In this document: piece by piece, positions 1-8,469 of the stretch
Position numbering within the stretch: the first letter of the stretch is position 1
Layout: each line of letters starts with the position of its first letter
Source of the DNA: a candidate division WOR-3 bacterium
GTDB taxonomy: Bacteria > Hydrothermota > Tepidihabitantia > SM23-42 > JAOAFX01
DNA length: 14,606 nucleotides
Direction of reading: 5' to 3'
Assembly (NCBI GenBank): GCA_039802265.1
Contig: JBDRWI010000058.1
Span: 1 to 14,606, forward strand
The notes under the pieces: model-generated
The model's input: only the letters and a program-made list of their open reading frames with translations
Told to the model about the DNA's origin: nothing
The model's database searches: none
Translations under genes and position numbers: made by a program

Positions 1-83
1 CCCCTGTGGGAGAGGGCAAGGGTGAGGGGGTATTTTATCTTTCACCCCCACCTTTATCCTCCCCCATCAAGCGGGAGGATAAA
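1..83. repeat. REP-like palindromic repeat cluster (CCCTCTCCC..GGGAGAGGG / GGGTGAGGG family), truncated by the window edge
   Basis: GGGAGAGGGCAAGGGTGAGGGG is followed by CACCCCCACCTTTATCCTCCCCCATCAAGCGGGAGGATAAA (hairpin TTTATCCTCCC...GGGAGGATAAA). Same family as 3692-3765, 4275-4382 and 4835-4915. Confidence 0.85.
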
Positions 84-242
84 ACTTACGAAATTTAATA
101 ATATTTTAAGCACCATAAATGGTGCATCTGCATTTTTTGAATCACCAATCAATCTTACAGCCCTTTTTCTAATCACCATTTTTATTCCTTTTTCGCGTTA
201 CCATAAGTCTTTTTCGTATTAAGACTTAAGACTAATTAAATT

Positions 243-270
243 ATTATATTCAGTTTTAATCCATTGTCAA
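243..270 (-). promoter_or_regulatory. sigma70-type promoter pointing leftwards (divergent from the cyclase gene)
   Basis: Minus strand reads TTGACA (270-265), 16 bp, TATAAT (248-243), with both hexamers at consensus. The perfect palindrome AATCGGCCGATT (269-280) lies between it and the cyclase promoter. Confidence 0.55.
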
Positions 271-290
271 TCGGCCGATTTAACTTTTGC

Positions 291-318
291 TTGACTTTTG
301 ACAACTTCTGTATATAAT
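291..318 (+). promoter_or_regulatory. sigma70-type promoter of the cyclase gene, probably giving a leaderless mRNA
   Basis: TTGACT (291-296), 16 bp, TATAAT (313-318). The ATG at 326 is 7 nt after the -10 box and has no Shine-Dalgarno sequence. Confidence 0.55.
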
Positions 319-325
319 TGACAAT

Positions 326-3300
326 ATGAATAATAATACAGACAATTTTGAAGAGAAAAAAACAGCAGAAAAACACACGGATGCTATTAGTCTAAAGATT
401 GACTGGCTTAAGGCTTTAATCAGTGCCTATGAGCGATACCTGCCCGCACGGGTTATTGAAAAGATAAAACTCAATCCAAAGGCAAAGAGAATTGAGGGCG
501 AAAGAAGGAATGTGACTGTATTGTTTGCTGACCTATCAGGTTTTACCGCATTATCTGAAACAATGGATGCAGAAGAGATTGCCAATATCATAAATGACTT
601 CTTTACAAGAATGGTAAAGATTGTCCATAAATATGAAGGAAGTGTTGATAAATTTCTCGGTGATGCCCTGATGGTCTTATTTGGCGCACCAGTTGCCCAT
701 CACGATGACCCGGAAAGGGCGGTGCGCGCAGCATTAGAGATGCAGGAAGAGATGGAAAGATTCAATGCCGAAAAGAAGTTTGCCTCTCCCCTATCAATGA
801 GTGTCGGAATAAATAGTGGACCTGCTGTAGCATTGAATGTTGGCTCGGATGAAAGAATGGAATACACGGTTATCGGTGATACGGTTAACCTTGCGGCCCG
901 ATTGGAGAGCGTCTCGGGTCCAAAAGAGATTATTATCAGTCAGTTTACATACGAGAAGATAGCAGATATTGTAGATGCAGAGAAAAGACCATCGGTGAAG
1001 GTAAAAGGAAAACGAAAGCCGGTGGTAAACTACCTCGTAAAGGGAATCAGAGAACATTATCGACTACCAGAAATAACGAAAATAAAATTTATCGGTAGAA
1101 AAGAAGAATTAGAGATAATAAAAAATTCACTAAATCAGGCAAAGAATAACAGATTAAGGATTCTGGGAATTACCGGTGAACCGGGTTCAGGAAAGACGAG
1201 ACTCGGGATTGAAGCCCAACTTACTGCCCAGCAGGAAAATTTCACTACCCTAAGTGTGCGCTGTATGCCCTATGAGATGAATATTCCGTATAATGTAATA
1301 ACAGGTGTTTTAAGTGGCTATTTTCAGGTAAAGCCGGGGGTTCCGGAGCAGGATTTAAAACTCAAGATTGGATTGAAGCTCAAAGGTATAGGATTAACAC
1401 TTGATGAAATACTCCCATACATCGGACTTTTATATGGAATGAACTTTCCCGAATTGCAAGCACTACCCCCCGAAGAATTGAAAAAAAGGACATTCAATGC
1501 TTTAAAGAGGATTTTTGAATCAGCTGCCAAGTCAGCGCCACTATTCGTCCGGGTTGAAGACCTTCAGTGGGCAGACCCAACGAGTATTGAGTTTTTTGAT
1601 TATCTATTAAAAGAACTGAAAGAAATCCCTCTGCAATTCTTCTTTGAATACCGCTCCGATTATGCCTTCCCCTGGCTCGGGCAGGAGAATTGTGAGAGTA
1701 TCTTCTTAAAGAATTTTACGAAAGAAGAGGCGAATAACTTTATGCAGTATATCCTTGATGCAAAGGAGATTCCCGTTGAGGTCATCGAAACTGTCTACGA
1801 AAAGTCTAATGGTAATCCTTTATTTGTGTCTGAAATTGTTAAACTATTGCTAAAAAAGAGTGGTATCAGAAGGATTAAAGAGCGTATTGTTCCTACTGAA
1901 ATGTTTAAAAAGATCGAAATCGCCGAATCTGTATCATCGGTAATCCTGGACCGTATTGACCGGATGAGCGAACTTGATAAAAGAACGCTCCAATATGCAT
2001 CGGTCATCGGGCGGGTCTTTGAACCGGATTTACTCGCCGCAATCCTCAATACATCAGTCCAGAATCTATCGGAAACCCTTGAAAGGTTAGAGCACTTTGA
2101 AGGAGTGCTTGTCTCCGATCCTACAAAAAAATTCTACGAGTTTACATCCCCAACCGCCTATGAAGTTGTCTACGGTTCTCTATTTAAGATAAAAAGGAAG
2201 GAACTACATACAATCATCGGCAATGAACTGGAAAAAATCCCCGAAGAAAAAATCTATGAAAATCTTGAAAAACTTGCCTACCACTTTGCCCGTTCAAATG
2301 AAGAAAGAAAGGGTATATATTATTTGAAATCGGCAGCGGACAAATCTTATCGCTTGTATGCCTTAAAAGAAACATTAAACTTCTTTGACCAGGCACTGGA
2401 ATTACTTAAGAAAAAAGAACTTTCACCAGAAGAGATGCAGGATAAATTGGAGGTTTTAAGGAGACAGGGTTGGGTGCTCAGACTGCTCGGTAAGCTAACG
2501 GAGGCAATCAAGAATCAAAAACAGTCATTGAAACTCGCCCGAAAAGTTTCTTCATTAAGGGACGAAGCAGGGGCAAATTTAAATATTGGAATAATCTATC
2601 AGGAGATGGGAATACCAAAGAAAGGATTAAACTACTGGACAAGAGCAAGAAGGATTGCAAAGAAGATTGGAGATAAAAATATTCACTCCCTTGCAGTTGT
2701 AAATCTTGGTAATTATTATATGGAGACCGGAGTCCTTAAAAAGGCGTTGAAGTATTTCAATGAATCATTAAAACTTGGTGAAGAATTAAAAGATAAACGG
2801 GCTATCGGCCTCGCCCATCTAAATCTCGGTTATGTAATTGAGAGACAAAGAGACCTGCCAAAGGCTCTTGAATCATATAAAAGGGCTCATCAATTGTTTG
2901 AAGAAATTGACGACAAAGAAAATGTCGCCCGCTCCTTGAATCAAATTGGACTCATCCACCTGTATCTTGGTAATATAAATGAAGCAATTCAAAATCTAAG
3001 CGAAGTGTCAACCCTTGCTTCAAAGATTGGTGACAAAATGGCTGAATCCCTTGCCCTTGGTAACATCGGACTTGCCTATGCCCAGATGTGGCAACTTGAT
3101 AAGGCTTATGAAAACTTTACCAAATCTCTGACAAATGCTCAGGTAATTGGAGACCTCCGGCAGGTTATGGGAATGAGTATCAATATTGGCGAACTTCAAT
3201 TATATCGTGGGAATATTGTCCAAGCTCTTGAATATCACAATAAGGCAACCAATCTGGCGATTCAAATTCAGGATTTATTCAGTGAAGCATTGTCACGGAG

Positions 3301-4123
3301 AGCAACTGGTTGGGATTATTATCATTCAGCTGATTATAAAAAGGCAATTGAAGAATTTGAAAAGAGTCAAAATATATTCCAGAATATAGGTGATAGAAGA
3401 AACAGTGTAATTTCAATGGTTGCCGCGGCAATGCCCAAAATTAAGTTGGGTTATGTTGAAGAAATGGAAGGAATGTTAAAAGGTATTGAGGGAAAAGCGC
3501 AGGAAATGAAGGATTTGGAAGTTCTTGCTTATGTGCTTGATGCCGAGGCAGAACTTTTCATATATAAGAAAGATTATGAGAATGCCCGGAAGGTACTGGA
3601 ACAATTGCCCGATTTGTCAAGACAGATTGGCAACAAACGACTCTATGCCTGGACAATGGCAAAATTGGCTGAAGCAACACTATTAAAGGCACCCTCTCCC
3701 TTGATGGGAGAAACTCCATCCATAACCCCCTCTCCCTTGATTGGAGAGGGTAAGGGTGAGGGTGAAAATTTCCTTAATCAGTCAAGCAAATATCTTGAGC
3801 AAAGCCTTCCATTAGCCAATGAAATTGGAGACAAAATTCTTGAGACAAAGATTTTTATCATTGAGTCAATGATTTTAAAAGAAAAAACAGATTATACCAG
3901 CGCCCTGAATATTTTAAATAAGGCGGTGGAGCAGGCAAAGCAGTGTGGAGCAAAAGAATTGTTCGCCAAGGCATTACTACTAACAGCAAAAATGTTTGAA
4001 AAGATTGGTAAGAAAAAAGAGGCAGATGGTTATCAGCAGGATTACAACAAAGTAATAGAAGAAATAACAAAGGATTTTAGCGAAGAAGAAAGGCAAAGGT
4101 TTTCTCTCGTCGTGTCATTCTAA
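326..4123 (+). CDS. Class III adenylate cyclase - STAND/AAA ATPase - TPR repeat protein (1265 aa)
   Basis: Cyclase motifs VLFADLSGFT, VDKFLGDALM, YTVIGDTVNLAARLE and VKVKGK. Walker A GEPGSGKT, Walker B VEDLQWAD and a GNPLF motif. The C-terminal ~600 aa consists of TPR-like repeats (e.g. EAGANLNIGIIYQEMG, VARSLNQIGLIHLYLG). Confidence 0.95.
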   Translation: MNNNTDNFEEKKTAEKHTDAISLKIDWLKALISAYERYLPARVIEKIKLNPKAKRIEGERRNVTVLFADLSGFTALSETMDAEEIANIINDFFTRMVKIVHKYEGSVDKFLGDALMVLFGAPVAHHDDPERAVRAALEMQEEMERFNAEKKFASPLSMSVGINSGPAVALNVGSDERMEYTVIGDTVNLAARLESVSGPKEIIISQFTYEKIADIVDAEKRPSVKVKGKRKPVVNYLVKGIREHYRLPEITKIKFIGRKEELEIIKNSLNQAKNNRLRILGITGEPGSGKTRLGIEAQLTAQQENFTTLSVRCMPYEMNIPYNVITGVLSGYFQVKPGVPEQDLKLKIGLKLKGIGLTLDEILPYIGLLYGMNFPELQALPPEELKKRTFNALKRIFESAAKSAPLFVRVEDLQWADPTSIEFFDYLLKELKEIPLQFFFEYRSDYAFPWLGQENCESIFLKNFTKEEANNFMQYILDAKEIPVEVIETVYEKSNGNPLFVSEIVKLLLKKSGIRRIKERIVPTEMFKKIEIAESVSSVILDRIDRMSELDKRTLQYASVIGRVFEPDLLAAILNTSVQNLSETLERLEHFEGVLVSDPTKKFYEFTSPTAYEVVYGSLFKIKRKELHTIIGNELEKIPEEKIYENLEKLAYHFARSNEERKGIYYLKSAADKSYRLYALKETLNFFDQALELLKKKELSPEEMQDKLEVLRRQGWVLRLLGKLTEAIKNQKQSLKLARKVSSLRDEAGANLNIGIIYQEMGIPKKGLNYWTRARRIAKKIGDKNIHSLAVVNLGNYYMETGVLKKALKYFNESLKLGEELKDKRAIGLAHLNLGYVIERQRDLPKALESYKRAHQLFEEIDDKENVARSLNQIGLIHLYLGNINEAIQNLSEVSTLASKIGDKMAESLALGNIGLAYAQMWQLDKAYENFTKSLTNAQVIGDLRQVMGMSINIGELQLYRGNIVQALEYHNKATNLAIQIQDLFSEALSRRATGWDYYHSADYKKAIEEFEKSQNIFQNIGDRRNSVISMVAAAMPKIKLGYVEEMEGMLKGIEGKAQEMKDLEVLAYVLDAEAELFIYKKDYENARKVLEQLPDLSRQIGNKRLYAWTMAKLAEATLLKAPSPLMGETPSITPSPLIGEGKGEGENFLNQSSKYLEQSLPLANEIGDKILETKIFIIESMILKEKTDYTSALNILNKAVEQAKQCGAKELFAKALLLTAKMFEKIGKKKEADGYQQDYNKVIEEITKDFSEEERQRFSLVVSF
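3692..3765 (+). repeat. Two REP-like hairpins inserted in frame in the TPR region of the cyclase
   Basis: CCCTCTCCCTTGATGGGAGA and CCCCCTCTCCCTTGATTGGAGAGGGTAAGGGTGAGGGTGA, translated as PSPLMGETPSITPSPLIGEGKGEGE. Same family as the intergenic copies. Confidence 0.88.
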
Positions 4124-4143
4124 ACCAAACGCCTCACCTATGC

Positions 4144-4180
4144 TGTCATTCTGACTCTTAACGAAGTGAAGAGGAAGAAT
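4144..4180 (+). repeat. TGTCATTCTGA...GAAGAAT repeat, left flank of the GIY-YIG remnant
   Basis: TGTCATTCTGA (4144-4154) is the exact reverse complement of TCAGAATGACA (4761-4771). GAAGAAT (4174-4180) matches ATTCTTC (4736-4742). Confidence 0.75.
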
Positions 4181-4212
4181 TTCTAAATTTAGAATGAAAA
4201 AGTATTATGTCT

Positions 4213-4264
4213 TTGTATAGGAATTTGAAAAATTCCTATACAATGGTAATGAAATTTTTCATTA
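4213..4264. repeat. Two adjacent perfect hairpins at the GIY-YIG breakpoint
   Basis: TTGTATAGGAATTT-gaa-AAATTCCTATACAA (14-bp stem, 4213-4243) and TAATGAAA-tt-TTTCATTA (4247-4264). Confidence 0.8.
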
Positions 4265-4274
4265 TAGTGAACAT

Positions 4275-4382
4275 CATCAGGGGCTAAAGCCCCTGAAACC
4301 CCAACCCTCACCCTTGCCCTCTCCCTTAAAAAGGGAGAGGATGAAGAGCCTGCCCTGAATTCATTTCAGGGTGAGGGTTCCT
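4275..4382. repeat. Composite REP element, copy A (with a 24-bp nested hairpin insertion at 4347-4370)
   Basis: CATCAGGGGCTAAAGCCCCTGAAACCCCAACCCTCACCCTTGCCCTCTCCCTTAAAAAGGGAGAGGATGAAG[AGCCTGCCCTGAATTCATTTCAGG]GTGAGGGTTCCT, a direct repeat of 4835-4915. Confidence 0.85.
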
Positions 4383-4406
4383 TGAAATTCTCCAAATTCT
4401 TATACC

Positions 4407-4508
4407 TCAAGATATTCAGGGGAGGATGATATGAAAATGGTCTCCGCACAAAGAGACGGTTTGCTATATAGCGGGGGTTTTCAGGGGGTACCCCCCTGAA
4501 TATCTTGA
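4407..4508. mobile_element. 102-bp MITE-like segment with 16-bp perfect terminal inverted repeats
   Basis: TCAAGATATTCAGGGG (4407-4422) and CCCCTGAATATCTTGA (4493-4508), with an internal hairpin at 4480-4500. No target-site duplication is visible. Confidence 0.5.
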
Positions 4509-4732
4509 ACAAATCAAAGACTCTCTATACTGGTATTACATCTGATTTGATAAAAAGAGTTTATCAACATAAAAATAAACTTATCCCCGGATTTAATAAA
4601 AAATATAATATTACCAAACTTGTATATTATGAAGAAACGAACGACGTCAATACCGCCATAAAAAGATAAAACTGATTGAATCATCAAATCCAGAATGGGA
4701 CAATTTGAGTGATTGTTGGTATGATGGAGATT

Positions 4733-4830
4733 GAGATTCTTCGGGTCTCTAACGAGACCCTCAGAATGACAATATAAAGTCATTCAAGGAGAGAGATTCT
4801 TCGTCCGCTTTCGGCAGACTTAGAATGAGA
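4733..4830 (-). repeat. Two tandem GAGATTCTTCG-hairpin-(C/T)AGAATGA repeats, right flank of the GIY-YIG remnant
   Basis: GAGATTCTTCGGGTCTCTAACGAGACCCTCAGAATGACA (4733-4771) and GAGATTCTTCGTCCGCTTTCGGCAGACTTAGAATGAGA (4793-4830): conserved ends with a variable middle. Confidence 0.8.
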
Positions 4831-4834
4831 ACAC

Positions 4835-4915
4835 CATCAGGGCACACCCCTGAAACCCAACCCTCACCCCAGGTCCTCTCCCGTAAAAAGGGAGAGGATA
4901 AAGGTGAGGGTTCCT
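4835..4915. repeat. Composite REP element, copy B
   Basis: CATCAGGGCACACCCCTGAAACCCAACCCTCACCCCAGGTCCTCTCCCGTAAAAAGGGAGAGGATAAAGGTGAGGGTTCCT, colinear with 4275-4382. Confidence 0.85.
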
Positions 4916-4960
4916 ACAGAAATTTTAGGATACTACTCCTGAAGCAGGGAATTATTCTTT

Positions 4961-5004
4961 AAAAAAATAGTGTCCATCCGCTAATATTTACAGCGGATGG
5001 ACAC
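4961..5004 (-). terminator. Rho-independent terminator of the downstream paralog
   Basis: 13-bp perfect stem GTGTCCATCCGCT (4970-4982) / AGCGGATGGACAC (4992-5004), followed on the - strand by TATTTTTTT, about 30 nt after the stop codon at 5035. Confidence 0.85.
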
Positions 5005-5151
5005 GACCGGGATACTGACTACTGACCTACTGGATTACTTCAAGTAAATTATCTTCTCAACTTCGCATTCTTCTGGTGTGGCAAACTTGCAGAAGTATAT
5101 TCCCTGCGAAACAGCCCGACCATTGTCATCAGTACCATCCCAGACAATAGA

Positions 5152-5181
5152 AGTAGCGAGTAGCGAGTAGCGAGTAGCGAG
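5152..5181 (-). repeat. Heptamer tandem repeat (AGTAGCG)x4 in the CTD of paralog B, encoding LATRYSLLAT
   Basis: Four exact AGTAGCG units plus AG on the + strand. Confidence 0.9.
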
Positions 5182-5306
5182 ATCGAAGGATTTGACGAGT
5201 CTACCGGTTATATCATAGATTTTCAAGGAAGCATCGCGACCGGGGACATCCACAGAAGGCAGAAAGATTTCGGTCTTTTCGGTGAAGGGGTTGGGATGAA
5301 CAGTTA

Positions 5307-5338
5307 ATTTCGGATTTCGGATTTGGGATTTGGGATTT
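5307..5338 (-). repeat. Heptamer tandem repeat (ATTTSGG)x4.5 in paralog B, encoding NPKSQIRNPK
   Basis: ATTTCGG ATTTCGG ATTTGGG ATTTGGG ATTT on the + strand. Confidence 0.9.
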
Positions 5339-8300
5339 AAACTCGTTTCTTCAATTCCAATTATATACTTACGCGCCGGAACCTTATTACCTGTCAAGCC
5401 ATCCGAACCCCACCAGTAATACTGAGTGATTTCCTTGTATGTTCCAAGAGGATTATAGATTGGGAAGGCGTTGATGATAGAATTTGAAGTTTCACCAGTC
5501 ATAAGGACAACAAGTTTAAACGGATTTCCTGCAGTGTAGCCCATATTAGCATAAGGTATATAAAGTTCAGTATAGAGATAATTATTCACCACACCATCTT
5601 CACAAACTAATCCAGAAAATGTTGTATCCACCCAGGAGCCTCTACCATCCTTTGTGCTGACATATCTTTTATAGAAGTAGGTTGACCCATTATCAACTAT
5701 TAGACAAAAGTCAGGTTTGAAACTATCGGGTGAAGTCGGCTTAAACGCTGACCTACCCGATGTGCCATTATAGGGCACTGTGCTATCTGCACCACCAGGT
5801 CGTGTATCAACATAGATAAATAAATCGCCTTCGGTGCGTAGATCGCAGCGGGCAAAACCCACATAAAACCATGCTGGGTTCATCGGATAATCCCAGGTAA
5901 CAAATAATGAATCATAGTCAGTTCCAGTATCATTTTTTCTCCGCCTGTTGATATATTCATATTTATTAGAAAAATCCTTTACATAGCCATACGGATTAGT
6001 TGCACTGCCAACTTTAAGATAATGGGGCGTCACAGAATCTCCAGAAACCACCACCCTCGGTTCAGCACCCAAGGCACCCCATAGTGTATCCTCATCGCTC
6101 ACCTTTAAGGCAAAGATAAGGGTATCCATTGGTGGTAATCCTTGCAGGATATACCTACACCATTTCCCAACCGTGCTATCTTTTGTATTCCAGGTTTGAT
6201 AATATTCTTCACAGGAATCGTTAAATGCAGTTTCTGATGTTATCTTTTTTCTTGAAAATTTCAACTTGTACGGACCTTCCGCGGACTCCTTAAGGGAATC
6301 GTCAGAGACGATTTTCCACCTGATGATAATAGAGCCATCAACGGTTGGATGGTTATATAAGTGGAGCAATAGATTGCCGTAATCGGCTCGGGCTGGCAGG
6401 TCATTCCCAGAAAGCCCATACAACGGCGGATGAATTCCTGAGCAGTATGGGGATGATGACGGTCTTTAATACCATCTGGAGAAAAACTGCAATAGATTGT
6501 GCTACCATCTGTCCTTGAATCCTTCCAGTAATTACCCCAACCAATTGCCCGGCCTGCCCACCACCTGTCCTTTGCCTCCCAGTCGGCTAATAACAATTTT
6601 CCTCCGGCAGTTGGGGAGATTATATCTACATAGTTATCCGCCTCTTTCTTATATTGATAAGCAAGCGTCTCATTCTGGGCAAATGTTCCAGATTGTCCGT
6701 AGAGGGTATCTATATTCCCTGTAGTATATGGATATCCATCGGACACAAATGTCGCATGAAATTTATTGAAGAGGGATGTCCCGCTATACATATAACCGAA
6801 GTCATTACCCATCAAGAGGACTGGCTTACCACTGCTGATATAATTCTCTAATTCATACTGGTCTTCAGTACTGATTATTCCTGCAGGTGTATCATTCAAT
6901 CTAAATCCAAGGCTCACAATAACCTGTTTATAGGGGCTAAGCCCGCGACCATCCTTTTGTCCTCTGTATAATGTGTCGCAAACCCTTAGTTTATATTTGG
7001 GTTGGACCCGATTAAATTCATCAAACTGGTCTACAATTGCTGAGTCTATTGGAATGTAAACTGAATCAGCTTCATCTATCGGGTCTTCATTCCAGTCAGT
7101 GGTCAGCGGATTGTCATAGTTTTCATCATCATAATACCACATCCAGCCCGTACCGCGGGGTGTCGGGTCAATTACATCACTGCTTTTGGGCAATATTCCG
7201 TAAGTTGAAGAGGAAGCCCGATAATAAGTGCGACAAAAAACCTCTCTCGCCAGATAACTCGTTGATATTGAAGTATCAGGAATATTCATCCAGGCAACAA
7301 TACAGGTATCATTCCAGCGGCAGGCAACATCACCCGCATACTGGTCCCAGTATTGGGGGCTCTGGTCGTTGTTAATGGTATATTCAGGTTTTAAAGAACC
7401 ACCGATTGAAACCTTTGCATAGACCCCTTTGTTATTATTTGTTTCTTTAGTATAGACTATGATGAAATCGTTATTTGGAAATACCGCTACTCTTGCTCCA
7501 AATTCGGGTAAAGATGTGTTGGCAATGACAAAATCCGATGAACTAACCGGCATCAATGTATCAAGGCCCGGTCTCATCTGAAATGTTCGGGCATAGACAT
7601 CTGGGTCGGTCGAACTGTATTCATATGTCCAGGTGACCACAACAAACCCATTTGCATTAACCGCCACATCCGGTGCATATTCATTCTTCCCATCGGTTCC
7701 CGGACGGCTCACTTTTATCTTATTATCAATAATGTTGCTATTTATTCCGCGGTATTGAAGGTAGATTGACCTGAGTGAATCACCGGTGGTGGCTGAATCA
7801 ACATAAACCACAACATATCCGGAATCACAGAATGCGCAACGGGATACTGAACGGCCCCTCATCCTGAGGTTTGGCTCAATGTAACTTCCATGTATCAAAC
7901 CACCCCCACTATTATATCTTTTATGGTATATCGCATAGACATTATTTGGAGGATAAAAATATGTGAAAGAAACAATAAACTCGCCGTTATCCCGGCAGTC
8001 AAGGGCAGGCGATTTTGGATACCCTGAATACATTGTATCAACCTCAACAATTGTTGCATCACCAATCCGGGCATATACATAAACCTTTCTTGTAGTGGTG
8101 CTAACTATCCTCTGCCAGGCTTGAATAACCGGACGGGTAGTTGCCAGAGGTGTTGCCAGTTGAATATCGCTGTTATTGACACCCCAGACATTATCAGTAT
8201 CAACCTCAAAGTTATAGCCACGCAGAGTTCCATTCCAGAGGAGTCTCTGCCGATATACGCTATTACGGCCACTGCCCCATCTTAAATCTTCCCAGGCAAT

Positions 8301-8469
8301 ATAGGCAGTGGTATCCCTTGCTGCAACAGATGGATATGTCTCACGCCGATAACCCTGGTCATTATCCCAGACAAAGATTGAATCAATACCCCATAACAGA
8401 AAAACTGGCGAAGATAACAAAGCACAGAACAGTAACTTTCTCATTGTTACCTCCTTTACCCTTATTTTA

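Larger units (their letters stand above)
4194..4734 (+). pseudogene. Disrupted small GIY-YIG nuclease (UPF0213/YhbQ-like)
   Basis: MKKYYV at 4194-4211, then ~290 bp of hairpin repeats. The frame resumes as (IL)NKSKTLYTGITSDLIKRVYQHKNKLIPGFNKKYNITKLVYYEETNDVNTAIKR* (4502-4669), and the C-terminus IKLIESSNPEWDNLSDCWYDGD* (4666-4734) is in another frame. The usual EK.IK.W.R segment is missing. Confidence 0.85.
5035..8444 (-). pseudogene. Frameshifted secreted multidomain protein with T9SS/FlgD-type C-terminal sorting domain (paralog B; ~1135 aa if repaired)
   Basis: ORFs 6261..8486 and 5035..6423 together are colinear with 8638..11982. The likely start is ATG 8444 (MRKLLFCALL..., AGGAGG at 8455-8450). 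The frame changes at ACT TAT ATA ACC near 6354-6359, and removing 2 nt gives CQPEPITAIYCSTYNHPTVDGSIIIRWKIVSDD. It could be a real lesion or a sequencing error. Confidence 0.8.

Noticed and set aside
54..179. 41-codon minus-strand ORF (MVIRKRAVRLIG...) downstream of the leftward promoter
   Set aside because: It has only a weak AAGGA RBS, ends inside a REP hairpin and resembles nothing I recognise, so support is insufficient.
22..222. 66-aa ORF
   Set aside because: It starts at a GTG within a REP-like repeat, and the N-terminal PHLYPPPSSGR is just the translated palindrome.
794..4070. Short alternative-frame and antisense ORFs within the cyclase gene
   Set aside because: They are fully overlapped by a long motif-rich CDS and have no recognisable domains.
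4514..4783. 89-aa minus-strand ORF
   Set aside because: It is the antisense shadow of the GIY-YIG remnant, and its N-terminus (CHSEG...PKNL) is the translated repeat.
4124..4960. CRISPR array
   Set aside because: The repeats are heterogeneous hairpins without constant length or regular unique spacers, and there are no cas genes.
5035..6423. Independent 462-aa gene
   Set aside because: Its first ~23 residues are out-of-frame sequence with no signal peptide, and the rest aligns with the C-terminal part of paralog A, so it is the distal half of a frameshifted gene.
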